Source: Paraphysomonas bandaiensis (taxonomy: Eukaryota > Protista > Chrysophyceae). Taken from it: DNA of 64,000 bases. This document shows positions 13,360-27,732 of this stretch, piece by piece. The DNA is taken from NCBI GenBank assembly GCA_965644295.1, contig CBFFRP010000288.1, positions 310,001 through 374,000 on the forward strand, written 5' to 3'. Each line of letters begins with the position of its first letter. Position 1 is the stretch's first letter. The notes beneath the pieces were generated by a model. It had not been told where the DNA came from. It saw only the letters and a program-made list of their open reading frames with translations, and did no database searches. The translations under genes and the position numbers were made by a program.

Positions 13360-13474
13360 TGTGAATAGAAGTAAGTGTTACTAAGTAAGTGTTACTAAGT
13401 TGTTACTAAGTGTGAATAGAAGTAAGTGTTACTAAGTTGTTACTAAGTGTGAATAGAAGTAAGTGTTACTAAGT
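13338..13474. repeat. TGTTACTAAG-based minisatellite (second copy 15275-15411)
   Basis: Repeated GTGTTACTAAGTTGTTACTAAGTGTGAATAGAAGTAA units. Confidence 0.9.
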
Positions 13475-13823
13475 GTCGAAAGGTTATGTAAGTAAAAGTT
13501 ACGTTGTATCGAATGTTAGTTAATGGTAAAAATGAAACAAACTAAGACTAAGGAACAGATAGCAAAAAATATTACTAAATAAGTAGAAACAAACGATGCA
13601 GGAAGCAGTGTTAAGTCAGCCGACGGAAATGAATTGGTTTCAGTGAGCTGGTCATGATACCGTGATGTCTCCAGTTCGGCTGTTCGAGCTGCCACATGCT
13701 GCTGCTCGTTTAAAGTATCCATTCCCTTGCGGCGAATATTAGTAACGAATCATTTCATCCAGTGTATCTGGACAAGTAAGAGCATGCAATGTCTGATAGA
13801 AGGGATCAGGACTGCGGTCTTCC

Positions 13824-15062
13824 ATGATCGAACACTCTGCAGGATCGTCAGGCAAGGGAGTAAAATCTTCCTCAAGCTCCAGAGCGCAAGTAAAACTCCA
13901 GGATTGTCAGGCAAGGGAGTTTTACTTGCGCTCTGGAGTATATTCTGGATACGAGTGTATGGATGGGAGTTCTATGAGCTCTACTGGGATGCCCTTCGCG
14001 CTAACGAGAACAAAAGCGTCGTTTTTCATCGTCTTGTCCAAAAAAATATACCGCAGAAGCCAATCAGAAATGGAGCATGCCAATAAAGAAGTGTCACTCC
14101 AGGCAACACTCACTGTGAGGACACGAATCTTAGTCGTGATGATAACTCTGACTTGATTGCAGTGAAGTTGTGATTGTGTAGTAATCGCAAATGCGGCTGA
14201 CTAAAGTGTGACGTCGAACAGAACATTGAAGTATGGGCAGGCACTGGTATGTGAACAGCGTTTTGGAACTCCAAGAAGCAGATAGGGATGGTTTGAGGGA
14301 ACAAGATACCATCATCCAGCTGAAATCTTGATGTCGTGCTGCAGAAACCGCAACTTCAATTTTGAAGTAGCGAATGCCACGCACTTAGATAGTGATGTCT
14401 TGGAATTCCAATAAGGCAACAATTCTGTGTGTGGGAATATAAGATCCAGCAGAATATGTCGATCCAGCAAAAAAATCCAGGTTTTTTTGATGCATGCTGT
14501 TTTTTGACGAATATATTTCAGAGAAATAACGAAAAAAGGTCGATTTTTTTGCTGGATCGACATATTCCGCTGGATCGACTTATTCCCACAGAAGGAATTT
14601 GAGAGAGCGAATACACTGTGAATCGTGCCATTATTAACTGTGAGTTCGTATTGCAAGCTTCATCACTATGCGGGAGAGCTATTGTGAAGGTTTATGCCTC
14701 ATTATCGACAAAATGAGCGTGACAAGTGGGTTCCCGTGACCTGTAGAAAAGCGGAGAGTGTATGTCTCGAGGTTATTGAAGACGACGCAAGCAAGCAGTA
14801 TGCCTATTAGTATTGGAGGGGAGAAAAGCATTTGAAATGCGCAGTGAAAGTTCAGTCCGAGTACGTCGTTGATTCATGTGCTGATTTACAGCATGAAACC
14901 GTGTTTGAAATGGAAAAAGAAGACCATGCAGGTGAGGTAGTGGATATGCTCGACTTACTGAGCAATGCTCTCAGTCGTGGTAAAAAGAGAAATAATGTAT
15001 CAGAAATGGCTTTAAGCTCCAGAGACTCCCGGCTAGTGTCAGGTAATAAGTATTGGTACTAG
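13824..15062 (+). pseudogene. Possible highly degraded protein-kinase gene remnant (second copy 15761-16999)
   Basis: Weak kinase-like segments in canonical order, interrupted by stops: SFFIVLSKKIY..SEMEHANKEVSLQATL (II-III), HYAGELL*..HYRQNERDKW (VIII-IX), DLLSNALSRGKKRNNVSE (XI). No HRD or DFG motif. Confidence 0.3.
14430..14590. mobile_element. ~160-bp MITE/foldback with ~48-bp TIRs (second copy 16367-16527)
   Basis: TGTGGGAATA..GATCCAGCAGAATATGTCGATCCAGCAAAAAAATC is mirrored by GATTTTTTTGCTGGATCGACATATTCCGCTGGATC..TATTCCCACA. Confidence 0.8.
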
Positions 15063-17579
15063 AGACTAGAGTAGTAGAGTGTGTAGCTGGAGTACTATTG
15101 GTCTGTTGAGTAATAATCAGTTCATTCATTGGGGTACAGTTATTGCTTTTCTGTTACATGCGCAAGCAATAATGAGAACTAGATGGTGTACTGTAATGAA
15201 CTATAAGATTAGGTGAAATTTAGCATATATCAAGATTTGTCGTTAATTTGCAGCAAACGCATGCATGTAATATGGTGTTACTAAGTTGTTACTAAGTGTG
15301 AATAGAAGTAAGTGTTACTAAGTAAGTGTTACTAAGTTGTTACTAAGTGTGAATAGAAGTAAGTGTTACTAAGTTGTTACTAAGTGTGAATAGAAGTAAG
15401 TGTTACTAAGTGTCGAAAGGTTATGTAAGTAAAAGTTACGTTGTATCGAATGTTAGTTAATGGTAAAAATGAAACAAACTAAGACTAAGGAACAGATAGC
15501 AAAAAATATTACTAAATAAGTAGAAACAAACGATGCAGGAAGCAGTGTTAAGTCAGCCGACGGAAATGAATTGGTTTCAGTGAGCTGGTCATGATACCGT
15601 GATGTCTCCAGTTCGGCTGTTCGAGCTGCCACATGCTGCTGCTCGTTTAAAGTATCCATTCCCTTGCGGCGAATATTAGTAACGAATCATTTCATCCAGT
15701 GTATCTGGACAAGTAAGAGCATGCAATGTCTGATAGAAGGGATCAGGACTGCGGTCTTCCATGATCGAACACTCTGCAGGATCGTCAGGCAAGGGAGTAA
15801 AATCTTCCTCAAGCTCCAGAGCGCAAGTAAAACTCCAGGATTGTCAGGCAAGGGAGTTTTACTTGCGCTCTGGAGTATATTCTGGATACGAGTGTATGGA
15901 TGGGAGTTCTATGAGCTCTACTGGGATGCCCTTCGCGCTAACGAGAACAAAAGCGTCGTTTTTCATCGTCTTGTCCAAAAAAATATACCGCAGAAGCCAA
16001 TCAGAAATGGAGCATGCCAATAAAGAAGTGTCACTCCAGGCAACACTCACTGTGAGGACACGAATCTTAGTCGTGATGATAACTCTGACTTGATTGCAGT
16101 GAAGTTGTGATTGTGTAGTAATCGCAAATGCGGCTGACTAAAGTGTGACGTCGAACAGAACATTGAAGTATGGGCAGGCACTGGTATGTGAACAGCGTTT
16201 TGGAACTCCAAGAAGCAGATAGGGATGGTTTGAGGGAACAAGATACCATCATCCAGCTGAAATCTTGATGTCGTGCTGCAGAAACCGCAACTTCAATTTT
16301 GAAGTAGCGAATGCCACGCACTTAGATAGTGATGTCTTGGAATTCCAATAAGGCAACAATTCTGTGTGTGGGAATATAAGATCCAGCAGAATATGTCGAT
16401 CCAGCAAAAAAATCCAGGTTTTTTTGATGCATGCTGTTTTTTGACGAATATATTTCAGAGAAATAACGAAAAAAGGTCGATTTTTTTGCTGGATCGACAT
16501 ATTCCGCTGGATCGACTTATTCCCACAGAAGGAATTTGAGAGAGCGAATACACTGTGAATCGTGCCATTATTAACTGTGAGTTCGTATTGCAAGCTTCAT
16601 CACTATGCGGGAGAGCTATTGTGAAGGTTTATGCCTCATTATCGACAAAATGAGCGTGACAAGTGGGTTCCCGTGACCTGTAGAAAAGCGGAGAGTGTAT
16701 GTCTCGAGGTTATTGAAGACGACGCAAGCAAGCAGTATGCCTATTAGTATTGGAGGGGAGAAAAGCATTTGAAATGCGCAGTGAAAGTTCAGTCCGAGTA
16801 CGTCGTTGATTCATGTGCTGATTTACAGCATGAAACCGTGTTTGAAATGGAAAAAGAAGACCATGCAGGTGAGGTAGTGGATATGCTCGACTTACTGAGC
16901 AATGCTCTCAGTCGTGGTAAAAAGAGAAATAATGTATCAGAAATGGCTTTAAGCTCCAGAGACTCCCGGCTAGTGTCAGGTAATAAGTATTGGTACTAGA
17001 GACTAGAGTAGTAGAGTGTGTAGCTGGAGTACTATTGGTCTGTTGAGTAATAATCAGTTCATTCATTGGGGTACAGTTATTGCTTTTCTGTTACATGCGC
17101 AAGCAATAATGAGAACTAGATGGTGTACTGTAATGAACTATAAGATTAGGTGAAATTTAGCATATATCAAGATTTGTCGTTAATTTGCAGCAAACGCATG
17201 CATGTGTATGTATTGTTTGGTGGACTGGTCAAATATTCCATCAATGTTGTTTCTGTTAAAGTAGCTCACAATATATTGCAATAGTATTGTAGGGCCATCA
17301 ATACTATTGATGGAACGCTATCCAACAGTAGTATTGCAACTTATTCTCCTACCCTATCCCTGCTCTCGGTAAACTGTATACTTCTAACATCCTACAAGTA
17401 TGAAGCCATTGCTTCACCTTCGTGGACATACGGACATACATACACCTTATTCGTACAAAGTATGTAAAAAGATATTTCTGTTTATAAGAGCTCACAATGA
17501 GCAAATCGAAATCGATTCTGATGCCTATAAGCAAGTTTTATCATTAGTTAAACAGCACGTCATAAGTCTACTGCTAGTA

Positions 17580-18290
17580 TCAAACAAGCTCAATATCTGC
17601 CCCCGCCTCAGCAAGAACCTTTTGTAACTTCTCTGCATCTTCCTTCGTCAAACCATCTTTGACTACTACTGGTGCCTTTTCAACCAATTCCTTCGCCTAA
17701 GAGACAGTTAATTGAGAAAACATATACTATCACCACATGTTACCTCTTTCAATCCTAAACCGGTAATTCCACGTACTTCTTTAATTATCTTAATCTTGGC
17801 CTTCGCATCAAATCCATTCAATTTTACATCAAACGTATCTTTCACAGCTTCTGGAGCAGCCTCAGGGGCTGCAGCAGAAGTGCTAGCAGCATCCAAATTC
17901 ACATTACCACCTCCAACTTTTTTAACCAACTCACTGTCTGATATTCCCATAATAGTCTTTCACAATAAGGACAATGTTATAAATATCTAATATAAAATGA
18001 TATAATATCACCTGAATTAACTTGAAAAGCATATTATATTCCATCATTTTCAATTGAATAATTTCATTAGCAAGTTTTTGAACACGTGGAGTAGGTTTAT
18101 CAACTAATTCTGGATCAACAATAACTTCAGGCTCATTTGATGCTGAATCTAATTTGATTCCTTGTTCACGTAAATATTTTGCAGCAAATGATCTTTCAGA
18201 TATATGTCTAATTGTATAGTAGATGGGAGTGGGAGTTCGTGTCTTGTTTCTCAATATGTTATTGAATAGAGTGATATGAAAACGTTTCAT
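17580..18290 (-). CDS. MRPL12: Mitochondrial ribosomal protein L7/L12 (3 exons)
   Basis: FDVKLNGFDAKAKIKIIKEVRGITGLGLKE|AKELVEKAPVVVKDGLTKEDAEKLQKVLAEAGADIELV* is the L7/L12 C-terminal domain. The N-terminus is a basic targeting-like peptide. Confidence 0.93.
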
Positions 18291-19491
18291 GGATAATTGA
18301 AATGAATAAATAATGAAGAATGTTAATGTAGTGATGGTTTAAGAGAATGGTATGGTGTTATAAGGTAGGTAGGTAGGCATGTATATGTAGAGTTGATAAG
18401 AGATTAAACAAACCACACATTGTCCGCATATACAGCAATACATACATACATACATACACTGCTGCTACATTGCGACTGTATATACCACAGTCGGGTATAC
18501 AGTTGTATATGGTATGGTACGAAGTGAATGGTATTTGGTGTGTAGATGTACAAATACTGCTCTGTATATTGTACAGTATACACTTTGTAGAAATCATATC
18601 TGCGTAAAACCCATATTTTCTGATATTTTGTGCCGTAAAACCTCTAAAACCCAAATATCGTTTTGTGCCGGTTCTCATGCTGTACGAGGTCGTTGCCCAT
18701 ATCATTCTAATCTAACCATGTTCTTGAATACCACAATTGAGAATTATCCGATCCGAGAAGACAAGATAATGTATGATGTATGCACCCCGCGAAATAAGAT
18801 GAGATGCTCTCGATTCTAAAGAACCCACTGTGATGATAGAGGTTGCCTTGGTGACTGCAAAAGTTTGAATTTCAAGCAACAAAAGAGACATGTAAATGTT
18901 CCCAATAGTGGCAGGACACAAAGAATTAGGACTGAATTGTGTGCTGAAACCGTATACGGCGGTTTGTACTGGCATTCATCAAGTGACTGTATGAGGTTAC
19001 TAATCCATATGCATTCGCGCGAATTTTGCTTGTTTTACGTGTGTGGTGTATGAGGCATATCGATTTCTAAATATAATGTATAACGCAACTGTGGTTATAA
19101 GTTTGCCTACTTACGATGTAGATATATTTTTCCCAGAATAAAATACTATATTCAGGAACAATTGTCTGGAGCTACGATATCTGTCGTCACATGTGTTTGG
19201 ACAATATGTGGTAAACTTTATTTAACGGAACGCCTTAAATGACTAACGCTTCAGGAGGGGAAATAGTTTCATATTTATATCGAGATTAGATCTAATATGT
19301 GGGACGAAGCGCCTCCTTTCACCCAAGGAAATTTGACAACGCAGCATGGAAAATAGATAATATAGTAACTACAAACAATAATGTGCAGTAATATAGCTCT
19401 TATACGGAAAACGTCAACACAAAGCTATAAAATCAATACCCTGCAAATTTTATATCAACGCATACTAAGCCCTCAGAGTAGTCCCTACCAA

Positions 19492-22400
19492 TTAACGCCA
19501 TAGTTTAATTTCACCATCTCGACACCCTGTCACAAGCATTTTTACCGGCAAATCAATAGTATTTATATCCATAATAGCATCCTGAGGGAAATATTATACA
19601 GCAAAATGCACTAATTTGAATATACCTTATAGGTAGCAACAGGAGGCACAGTGCCCATGAAGTCGCGATATGTTAATTTTGATTGAATACCAGCACTCTC
19701 AGATAGGTCAGTGGAGTCACAGCACAAAAATAAATTCTGTGTTAGTCCTCGGGTTTCGTATACAGGCTTAGGCAATGCAGGATCCAACCCTGATACAGTG
19801 AAGCATTTAGTTGGTGAATTAATATCCCAATATCGAATATTTCGATCTGTTCCAGCAGTAATTACATACGACGAAGAGTTGTGACTTATTCTCCCCATAA
19901 TAGCCCGTACTCCAGGGCATAATGCCACGCTCGAGGTTGGGCCACGCCCAACATGACAACCACGAAATGGTGCCCATGAATGGGGTGGTATATCTATATC
20001 ATGCAGCCATGGGAGACTAGTCATATCACACTTTGAAGCAACTGGTATTGCGCCAGAACGAAAGCATTTCAGACATTCACCGCCATCGGGAACACCCCAC
20101 AAAGCTACTTCATTTCTTCCTGCTGCAACAAGTAAATACCCCCCTTCTGAACAAGCCAGTGAATAGTCTTCACTCAATTGACGATCCGGAGATGGTTTAG
20201 TGCAAACAAGACGTTGAATAGAGTGGTAACTTGAATGGCGCCATAACTTGCACAACAAGTTGTACCGAATATCCCACAGGCCAATAAATCCCAATGATGT
20301 ACCGACACATATCCAATTTCGATCTGGTGAGCAAGTCATAGTTGTCGGAAAACCAAGTTCTGGTCTGATATGATATTTAAAAGGTTCCTATGCACGCGAT
20401 CAATAGTACATCAGGTTACCCCAAAAACTAGATGTAGGCATACCTGAGAAGACCTCATGTCCCAACTATGGATCAGTCCTTTTTGCGTCACGTACGTCAA
20501 AACAGATGCAGTATCACCTGTAAAATGTTGAATACTCTGAATAGGACCTTCGTCAGAATCCAACACTTTGATATCAGACACCCCAGTTATAGTTGTGTTA
20601 GCAACTCGGCTACTCATGTTGCTGGTATGCTCATGACTTCGTGATTTTGTCGCGCCCATGTCCACGCGCCACACATGAATTGCACCACGGTCAGTACAGG
20701 TGGCAACCGAGTGCGAATTCTCTACAATTGCAACATCCAGTACTTTGCCTGCGTGCTTCGAATATGTCAATGCGCTCCTACATATATACGAATCATGCCA
20801 ATATATTTGTTATTGTCAAAAGCACCTTGGAAAAGCATTCCTATCCATTCCTTTAGTTTGCCAAACTTTGGCTGACCCATCGGAAGATGCTGACACGAAA
20901 AAAGTTTGGTCGTGAGATACAGCAATTCGGTTCACTGAGTTGCTGTGCTCAGACATTACCGATACAACTGCATTCTCTTTAGGTCTCCAAACTTGTTCAG
21001 GGCGGGAACCATGGTGTGAAGTACCATCCAATGGTTCAATAAACATGCTGAAATGTAACTATCAAGTATGCTCAAAGATCATAAATATCCAACCTGTACT
21101 GTCTGCACACCTGGCCGTCAGATGCTTGAACTAACGCACCAAAGTCTGGTGACAGCGGAGGTATTTTCATTGCCATTATTTTCCTGTGTAAACCCTGAAC
21201 TTCAGCTATTGATGCCTCGTTGTTCTTACAGGAGTTGTTTTGATGAGGAAGTGCCGGTCCGGGGTTGGCTATTCCACTACTTCGATAGTGCGAATTTACT
21301 TGTGGTTTAGAAGTCAAATCAGAGCCCGAATCTCCTTCTGCAAGTGCTCGAGCTGCATCTGCTTGAGTAATTGTAATCCCGAAAGCGCGTTTCAAGAGCG
21401 AGAAGTTATTCAGAACGGATCCGCCATCTAAGGCAAGTTGTCGCAACTCGTTTGAAGTGGTATGTTGCAAAGAGTACATCTGGTGTGGAACAAGAAGTGA
21501 TTGAACTAAGTGATCAGGAAGTGATGCTATTGATTGATACGAAAATAAGTCTGTCGGACTACCGTAACCTATCTGAGTAATCCCTAGCCTACTTGACGGC
21601 GCACTGCACCGTCTTTTCCTTCCAATTGTGCGTTTTCGACCAGATGTTCTCTCTTTACCACGAAACGCCTTGAGAAGGGGATCTCTAAATGCAGATTCTA
21701 TGTAGTTTCTAATTAAAAGTAACTTTATATTGTCCTGAAAATACGTTAATGCGACTGACAACTACTACATTTCGCCAATACCTGACTAGACGTAACGTCA
21801 AATGTAGATTCTTGCTCAACGATGTGTAAACTGTTGTAGCCAGTCGTGCCACATTCACTTATATCCTGTGAAAGCGTTTCTGGGTTAAATTCCTCGCCAA
21901 ATACGTATTCATTCCCGCTATCATCAGGCAGCGATTGTTCTGCAACATCAACAATAACCGCAGAAGCCGACAGAGACTCCAAGCTGTCATCAGTTCCATT
22001 ACGAAGTTGAGTTGACCTTTTGGATGACGTATCTATTGATTTAGGCCATACCCTCACAGCTTGTTCGTAGGTTTTGCGATCCAGTGGGGAACATAAAGAA
22101 TGCCGTAATGTACGACATGTTATTTCCAAGCCAACTAAATCACACGATAGTAACGGCTTCAATTGAGGAAGTAAAAACGCATAAGAATCCGTTACTCCCA
22201 AAGCAGTGGCTGCTGCTGCAATTATATTAACAGTGCTATCCCTAATAGCACTCGATGGATGGACCAATAGTGGCACAATCTTTTTGACGATATCTACTAC
22301 AACATGATTCGAAAAAAGCCCCATTTCTATCAGAGACTGTTCACACTTTATAGCATTGAACACAACGACTTCGTAAGCATCAACTCGAGCACTCTCAAGA

Positions 22401-25400
22401 AAAGGCAGTACGTATTCACTGATCACAGTGGGTTCTAGAAAGGTACATACCTGCGAAATTTTCATACAAAATGTATTTCGCAATTCCCAGTCAAGCTCCC
22501 AATCCTGCAAACAATGTAAACAATGAAGACATTTCATAAACAACACACCTCATGATTAATATATGCAAGAAGTTGAGCAAACAGATCCATAATTCGTCCA
22601 TACTTCCCAAAAAATAAGCACAGGCGAATAACGTCGTCAAATATAGCACGCTTTACAATGGCGCCTATAGATCCATGTGAATTACGACTAGAATGGTAAC
22701 GAAAATCATTCTTCGAATCAAAGCCAGTTCCATTCAGTCCATCCGACGCAATGTCAGAAAGCCACTTCGTTAGTTGTTCATATATAGCGTTAACCGGTGG
22801 TTCAGAGGCCCCTTCTGCCAAACCTCCAACTACAGCGCCATCGTTTTCAACATGTGATAAAAAGTTTACTGACTCAAGGTTGTTTGGAGAGACTGCACTT
22901 TTGTTTCGAAGAATAAGCCGGGACGCATTCAAAATCCTCATTGCAATTTCTGCAAATCTTCCGATTGATTCTGCAAAAGCAATTCTCACGATAGGTTCAG
23001 AATCATTGCCAACAATAGTACTCAAAGCGGGAAACACAAAGTCTTTGAATATATTGATCTCGATGTGTGTTATTTTCGTGACGTTGTTGAGAATACATCT
23101 CAGACATCTAATCGCGGTGGCGCGAACAGCTGCAATCTGGTCCTCAAAACAATGAATAATAAATGGGACGATTCGCTCCAGTATTACAATGTCTGTACAG
23201 AGCATTCCAATCCGGGTGAGAAGCATCAAACTAACAATTTTGGATTGTGGATGTCTCAAGTACCTAATAGATGAACATATAATCTGGACAACCAGTAGGA
23301 TCCCACTGCAGCTTCTTTCCGATACACTAAAAATACGGCGCCAATAAGCTAGTGACATATATATATACGTGATATTACCTTTTATCTTCGCATTCTCTCT
23401 TCTGCCCAGTGTGGGAAGACGCTGACAAATCTACATCAAACAACATGGATCCATCACCATGTACGCTGAATACGCGTTCAGAATATGTTTCTTTCGGTGT
23501 CTTTTCCTGTAGGATATCTTTTTCTTTTACCAAATCTGCTTTCCCCACTGTGAATTGCTTTAATTCTAACTCAGACTTCGTGGAATTCCTTCGACTGCGT
23601 GCATCTTCTATGAGCTTCTCAAACTGTTGCACAAAATCTAGCAATCTTTCATCTTCGATCCGCTGAATAGACTTGGTAATATCGGCAGGTGAACGACTTT
23701 CATTTTCATATCCCTCCGGTAGTATTGATGATTTTAATTGCGTAGTACGATTATGACTTCTACGTCGAGCAGAGCCCAAATCTACGCGACACGGCGGCGA
23801 CTTGATTTCAGAGAAACTTCCAGTTGTGCGCTGTTCTTTTGAGCCACTCGCACATGTATCACTAGATATATCCTGTTGGCTTCGTAACGATTTCAGAACT
23901 GATCCAAAAAACAATTCCCCTTCAGAATCTGAGCATTCGGCAATATCTGACATTATCGAAGAGTAATTCTACATCATATTACACATGTTAACACGATACG
24001 AATGCATGAGGCATCGCTGTTCGACACCTGACATAATAGGCTGATGCGGTCGTCAGGTGTTTTCCCATCCCAATGAATCTGTAGAAAAAGATCATAAAGT
24101 GTGGTCTCGAAGTATTTCGGGAAGACTCCACACTCGACTAATTTCGATCTATAGGCCCCAACATTTTTCCTTCGATTGGGATTATGCTGTGTCATAAGTC
24201 CAATAACCTGAAAAGACATTAAAGCAAAAAAGATGTGTCAGGTTACACACCCGCTGCATTCTGGCGTCTTTTATACGACCGAGAGCAGAAACCGCTGGAC
24301 TGTCGGGGTGAATAAGTGAAGTCATTGGCGATGTAGTTGAGAATGTTGGATCTTCGCAGCATGACTTGTACTGCAGCATGGAAGGCAGGTCTAACAATGG
24401 TTTACCATCTAGAATCACCTAATACAGAGATATTGTGCGAGTATTATTCACTACACGGCTACACCAACCTCTGCCATCGTACAACCTAAGGAAAACACAT
24501 CCATAGCAGGGGACAAGCTCTTTTCTGCTTTCCTCTCACGAAAAGAATCTGTTTTCTCCTTAGAAGAGTACTGTGGTCCAGACAAATTGTTCGATGGATT
24601 TAATAGATAATCTCCACTTTTGAAAAAACGTTCCGGGGCCACATAGCATCGACGTCGACTCATAGAATCAAAGAAATAGTGAAAATCAGTGGGATCGTCG
24701 TCTGGAATTAGCACGGGCTTATACGGGGCAAAATCAGTCAAACTAATCCAGTTCCAGGATGTAACCATGACATTCTCAGGCTTAACATCACCTGGGCGGA
24801 GTGAGAAAAGTAACCTCCACAAGAATAAAACTAACCGTGTACCACACCCTCAGCGTGACAATCCTCCACTGCTCTCATGAGTTGATATATCACCCATAAT
24901 TTCTCGATGTCGGTTAAAAACGGCCTTGTGGACAGCCTATCATATAGATTGAACGGAAAATATTGACGAACAAGAAATACTGGTGTCACAAGAGGTTTCG
25001 TTATCTTTGACATAGATTTAATCCACATTTGATATGGGAGAAGATTAGGATGTCGAGAAGGAGAGAGTGAGTTCCACATTGATGTTAATATTGCAGCATA
25101 TTCCTCCACACTCTGTATATATACATACACATACATGTATAGTTATCCCCTGCTATGCACAGCCATATATACATACCTCATCAGGTGGTTTTAAGTATAC
25201 TTTCACTGCAACTGCTGTACCATCAATCTTCATCAGATATGATTTCATAAATTTTCCATTTCCAATTCTTTCATGATATATAAACTTTGGTAGATCATTC
25301 TAGTTCATTTATATGATATATCTTGTTTTAATTATAAGAGGAATACGTACTTGTAAGTATGTTCGTGGATCTTGTGAAACTTGTGAACTTAAATGTCTAT

Positions 25401-25416
25401 AATTAGCGTTTCCCAT
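19492..25416 (-). CDS. VPS15: VPS15 / PI3K regulatory subunit 4 (kinase-HEAT-WD40), multi-exon
   Basis: MGN N-terminus at 25416; NLYDRLSTRPFL, HGDVKPENVMVTSWNW.LTDFAPYKP..IPDDDP.DF.YFFD...RRCYVAPERF; HEAT repeats; WD40 region (EHSNSVNRIAVS); ends RDGEIKLWR* at 19492. Confidence 0.95.
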
Positions 25417-25998
25417 AATAATTATGTGTTTAATATGAGGATATGGTTTGTTACTATAATGTACTGATATGACTATAAGAGATGAGAGGATATGTAATGA
25501 TGATATATACTATAGGAAACATGTGGTTTATCTATTGATACTATGGTTCATATATTCAATGACTTCACACTTCATTTTCAAGGAAGATATACGTATATGA
25601 ATATGCACTTCGGACTTCTTTCATTGACTTTGATACAAGTGAAGAAAAGTGTGAAGAAAGTACTACTACAGAAATGAGTTCCTCCTAGCAACTCGCTGTA
25701 TATATGGAAAATACACTATGATAGTTTATACTCACATCAGAATTTGGGTTTTATATCCCATTAAAAATGGACTTATTTCTAAAAAACATGTTTATACTGT
25801 ATCCGCTTGCAATAGAGCATATAGCAGTAGGACAGAAAAAAGGCAATGTATGTAGACTTTTTAGCTATCGCCACAAGCTGCTGTACGCATAGGAATATTG
25901 ATCGTCCATACAAATACACACATAGCATGTAGACTATATATGCATTAGCAGTCCCCATATTCATATATTTCTATTATAATAACAATAATAAATTCAAG

Positions 25999-27732
25999 AT
26001 GTCAACATATTCTGCTATATCTGCTACCTCACAGACCTTATCAATACTGAGTTCTGTTGTTGGTTTTGATGTTATAGAGTATTGGACTCCTGACGATAAT
26101 GGCGACTTACAATGCGAACATTTTTATATATCAAATTCAGTTAAACAAGTTGTAAAAAGAATATATCCAGATGAGGCATCATTTTCTCCTGGTATGTCTA
26201 CAAGTTGGCGACAAAACTCTTTGAAGGTATTTGTATATAGATGTTATGATGTGATGATTATATTCGTATTGTAGATCTGTGAAGAAGCACGACGAGCAGA
26301 AGCTGGATACGTATGGGGTCACAATAGTCACCGTCATCTTGAATTACCAAGAAAGAAGGGAAAAGATTCTATCACTCTTCCTGTTGATACCGAAGTTGCT
26401 CATGTAATTACCAGTGAAAATGATGTGCAATCCTTTGTTGTGTGCTATACCAGAGCTCGAGTGGAATTTTCAACTGTCAAGATAAAGTATATGTCATTCA
26501 TATGTGAAGCTGTTTTAATAGCAGCGAGCAATTTTCATGACTCTAAAGACGATGATGCAGAATTGGATAATAAAATTTTTAAACCTCGGGAGCTGACTGC
26601 TTATGGTTCAGGATTAAACTTGGCTGAAATGGGAGAAGACGAAGCCGCTGAAATGGGGTGCTGGTCTTCTCATGGTATGAAAAAAACTGAAAACCTCCCA
26701 TATTCAGAAGGCCCTGATTCTGAGTTTGGAATTCCTCCAACATGGGAACCCGTCGACAGCTACTCTTTCCCGGTGTCTGAGATTCCCCCATCATCACAAA
26801 TACCAGATAATTTGACATTCGACAGTTTTCAAGATTTGAAACATATTGCAGATGGAAGCAATAGTAATGTTTATTCTGCGCGTTACAGAGGCGAGCAAGT
26901 TGTTGTCAAAATTATTACGGAGCGAGCTAAAACGAATAAAGTAGCGGTGCATGAATTCGATGTGGAACACGGCATGCTTGCGCGTATGAACCACCCCAAT
27001 ATAATTAAGCTCCTTGGGGCTGGGCGACAACCAAGGCGATTTATTGTTTTAGAGTGGTTGGGTGGTGGGTCTCTCAGTTCTGTGTTAGGTGAACGTGAAA
27101 AGAAGACAGGCTTGAGTCACAAACTATTCAAGAAATCGACGTTTACGTACTCAACATTGCTGTCAATGGCGAAGGATATTGCAGATGCGTTTTACTACTT
27201 GCACAATCACGTACATGAAGGAGCCACAATCATACACCGCGATATTAAACCAGACAATATTGGTTTTACATCGGATGGTCAGCTGAAGCTGTTTGATTTT
27301 GGCCTATGTACTATTGTTCGCAAGAGATTGTCCATGGAGGACTGCTATGAAATGACGGGAAATACCGGAAGTCTGCGTTATATGGCTCCAGAGGTTGCAT
27401 TGAGACAGCCGTACAACGAGAAAACTGATGTTTATTCCTTCGGTATTTTATTGTGGCAAATGGCTAAAGACAAGACTCCATTTAAAGGAATGAATCGAAA
27501 TGACTTTATGAACCGTGTTGTCCGGAAGGGTGAACGTCCTAAAATTGATAAGTCTTGGTCTAAAGACTTTGTGCAATTATTGGAGTCGTGCTGGCATGCA
27601 GATCATACACAGCGTCCAACATTTGAAATGATATGTCACACAATTACTCGGCTCATCATGACTACGGAGGGAAAGACCCCCAATAAACGGCCGTCCTTGA
27701 TAGGTAGTCAAACTCAGAGTACGTGGTTCTAG
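25999..27732 (+). CDS. TKL-group protein kinase with an N-terminal GAF-like region (intron ~26227-26274)
   Basis: HRDIKPDN, DFG, GNTGSLRYMAPE, DVYSFGILLW, CW...RP.F. A GT-AG intron links ORF 25999 to ORF 26425. Confidence 0.88.

Larger units (their letters stand above)
13332..17205. repeat. 1937-bp tandem duplication (13332-15268 and 15269-17205)
   Basis: All ORFs recur identically with offset 1937. Junction GCATGCATGT|AATATGGTGTTAC. Confidence 0.97.
13267..17362. mobile_element. Non-autonomous hAT-like element enclosing duplicated cargo
   Basis: CAGGGATAGGG at 13267 (also 13057) and CCCTATCCCTG at 17352-17362. Subterminal CAATATATTG/CAATACTATTG motifs at both ends. Near-TSD CTCTCAGT (13255-13262) vs CTCTCGGT (17363-17370), offset by an extra CAGG. 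No transposase seen. Confidence 0.6.
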
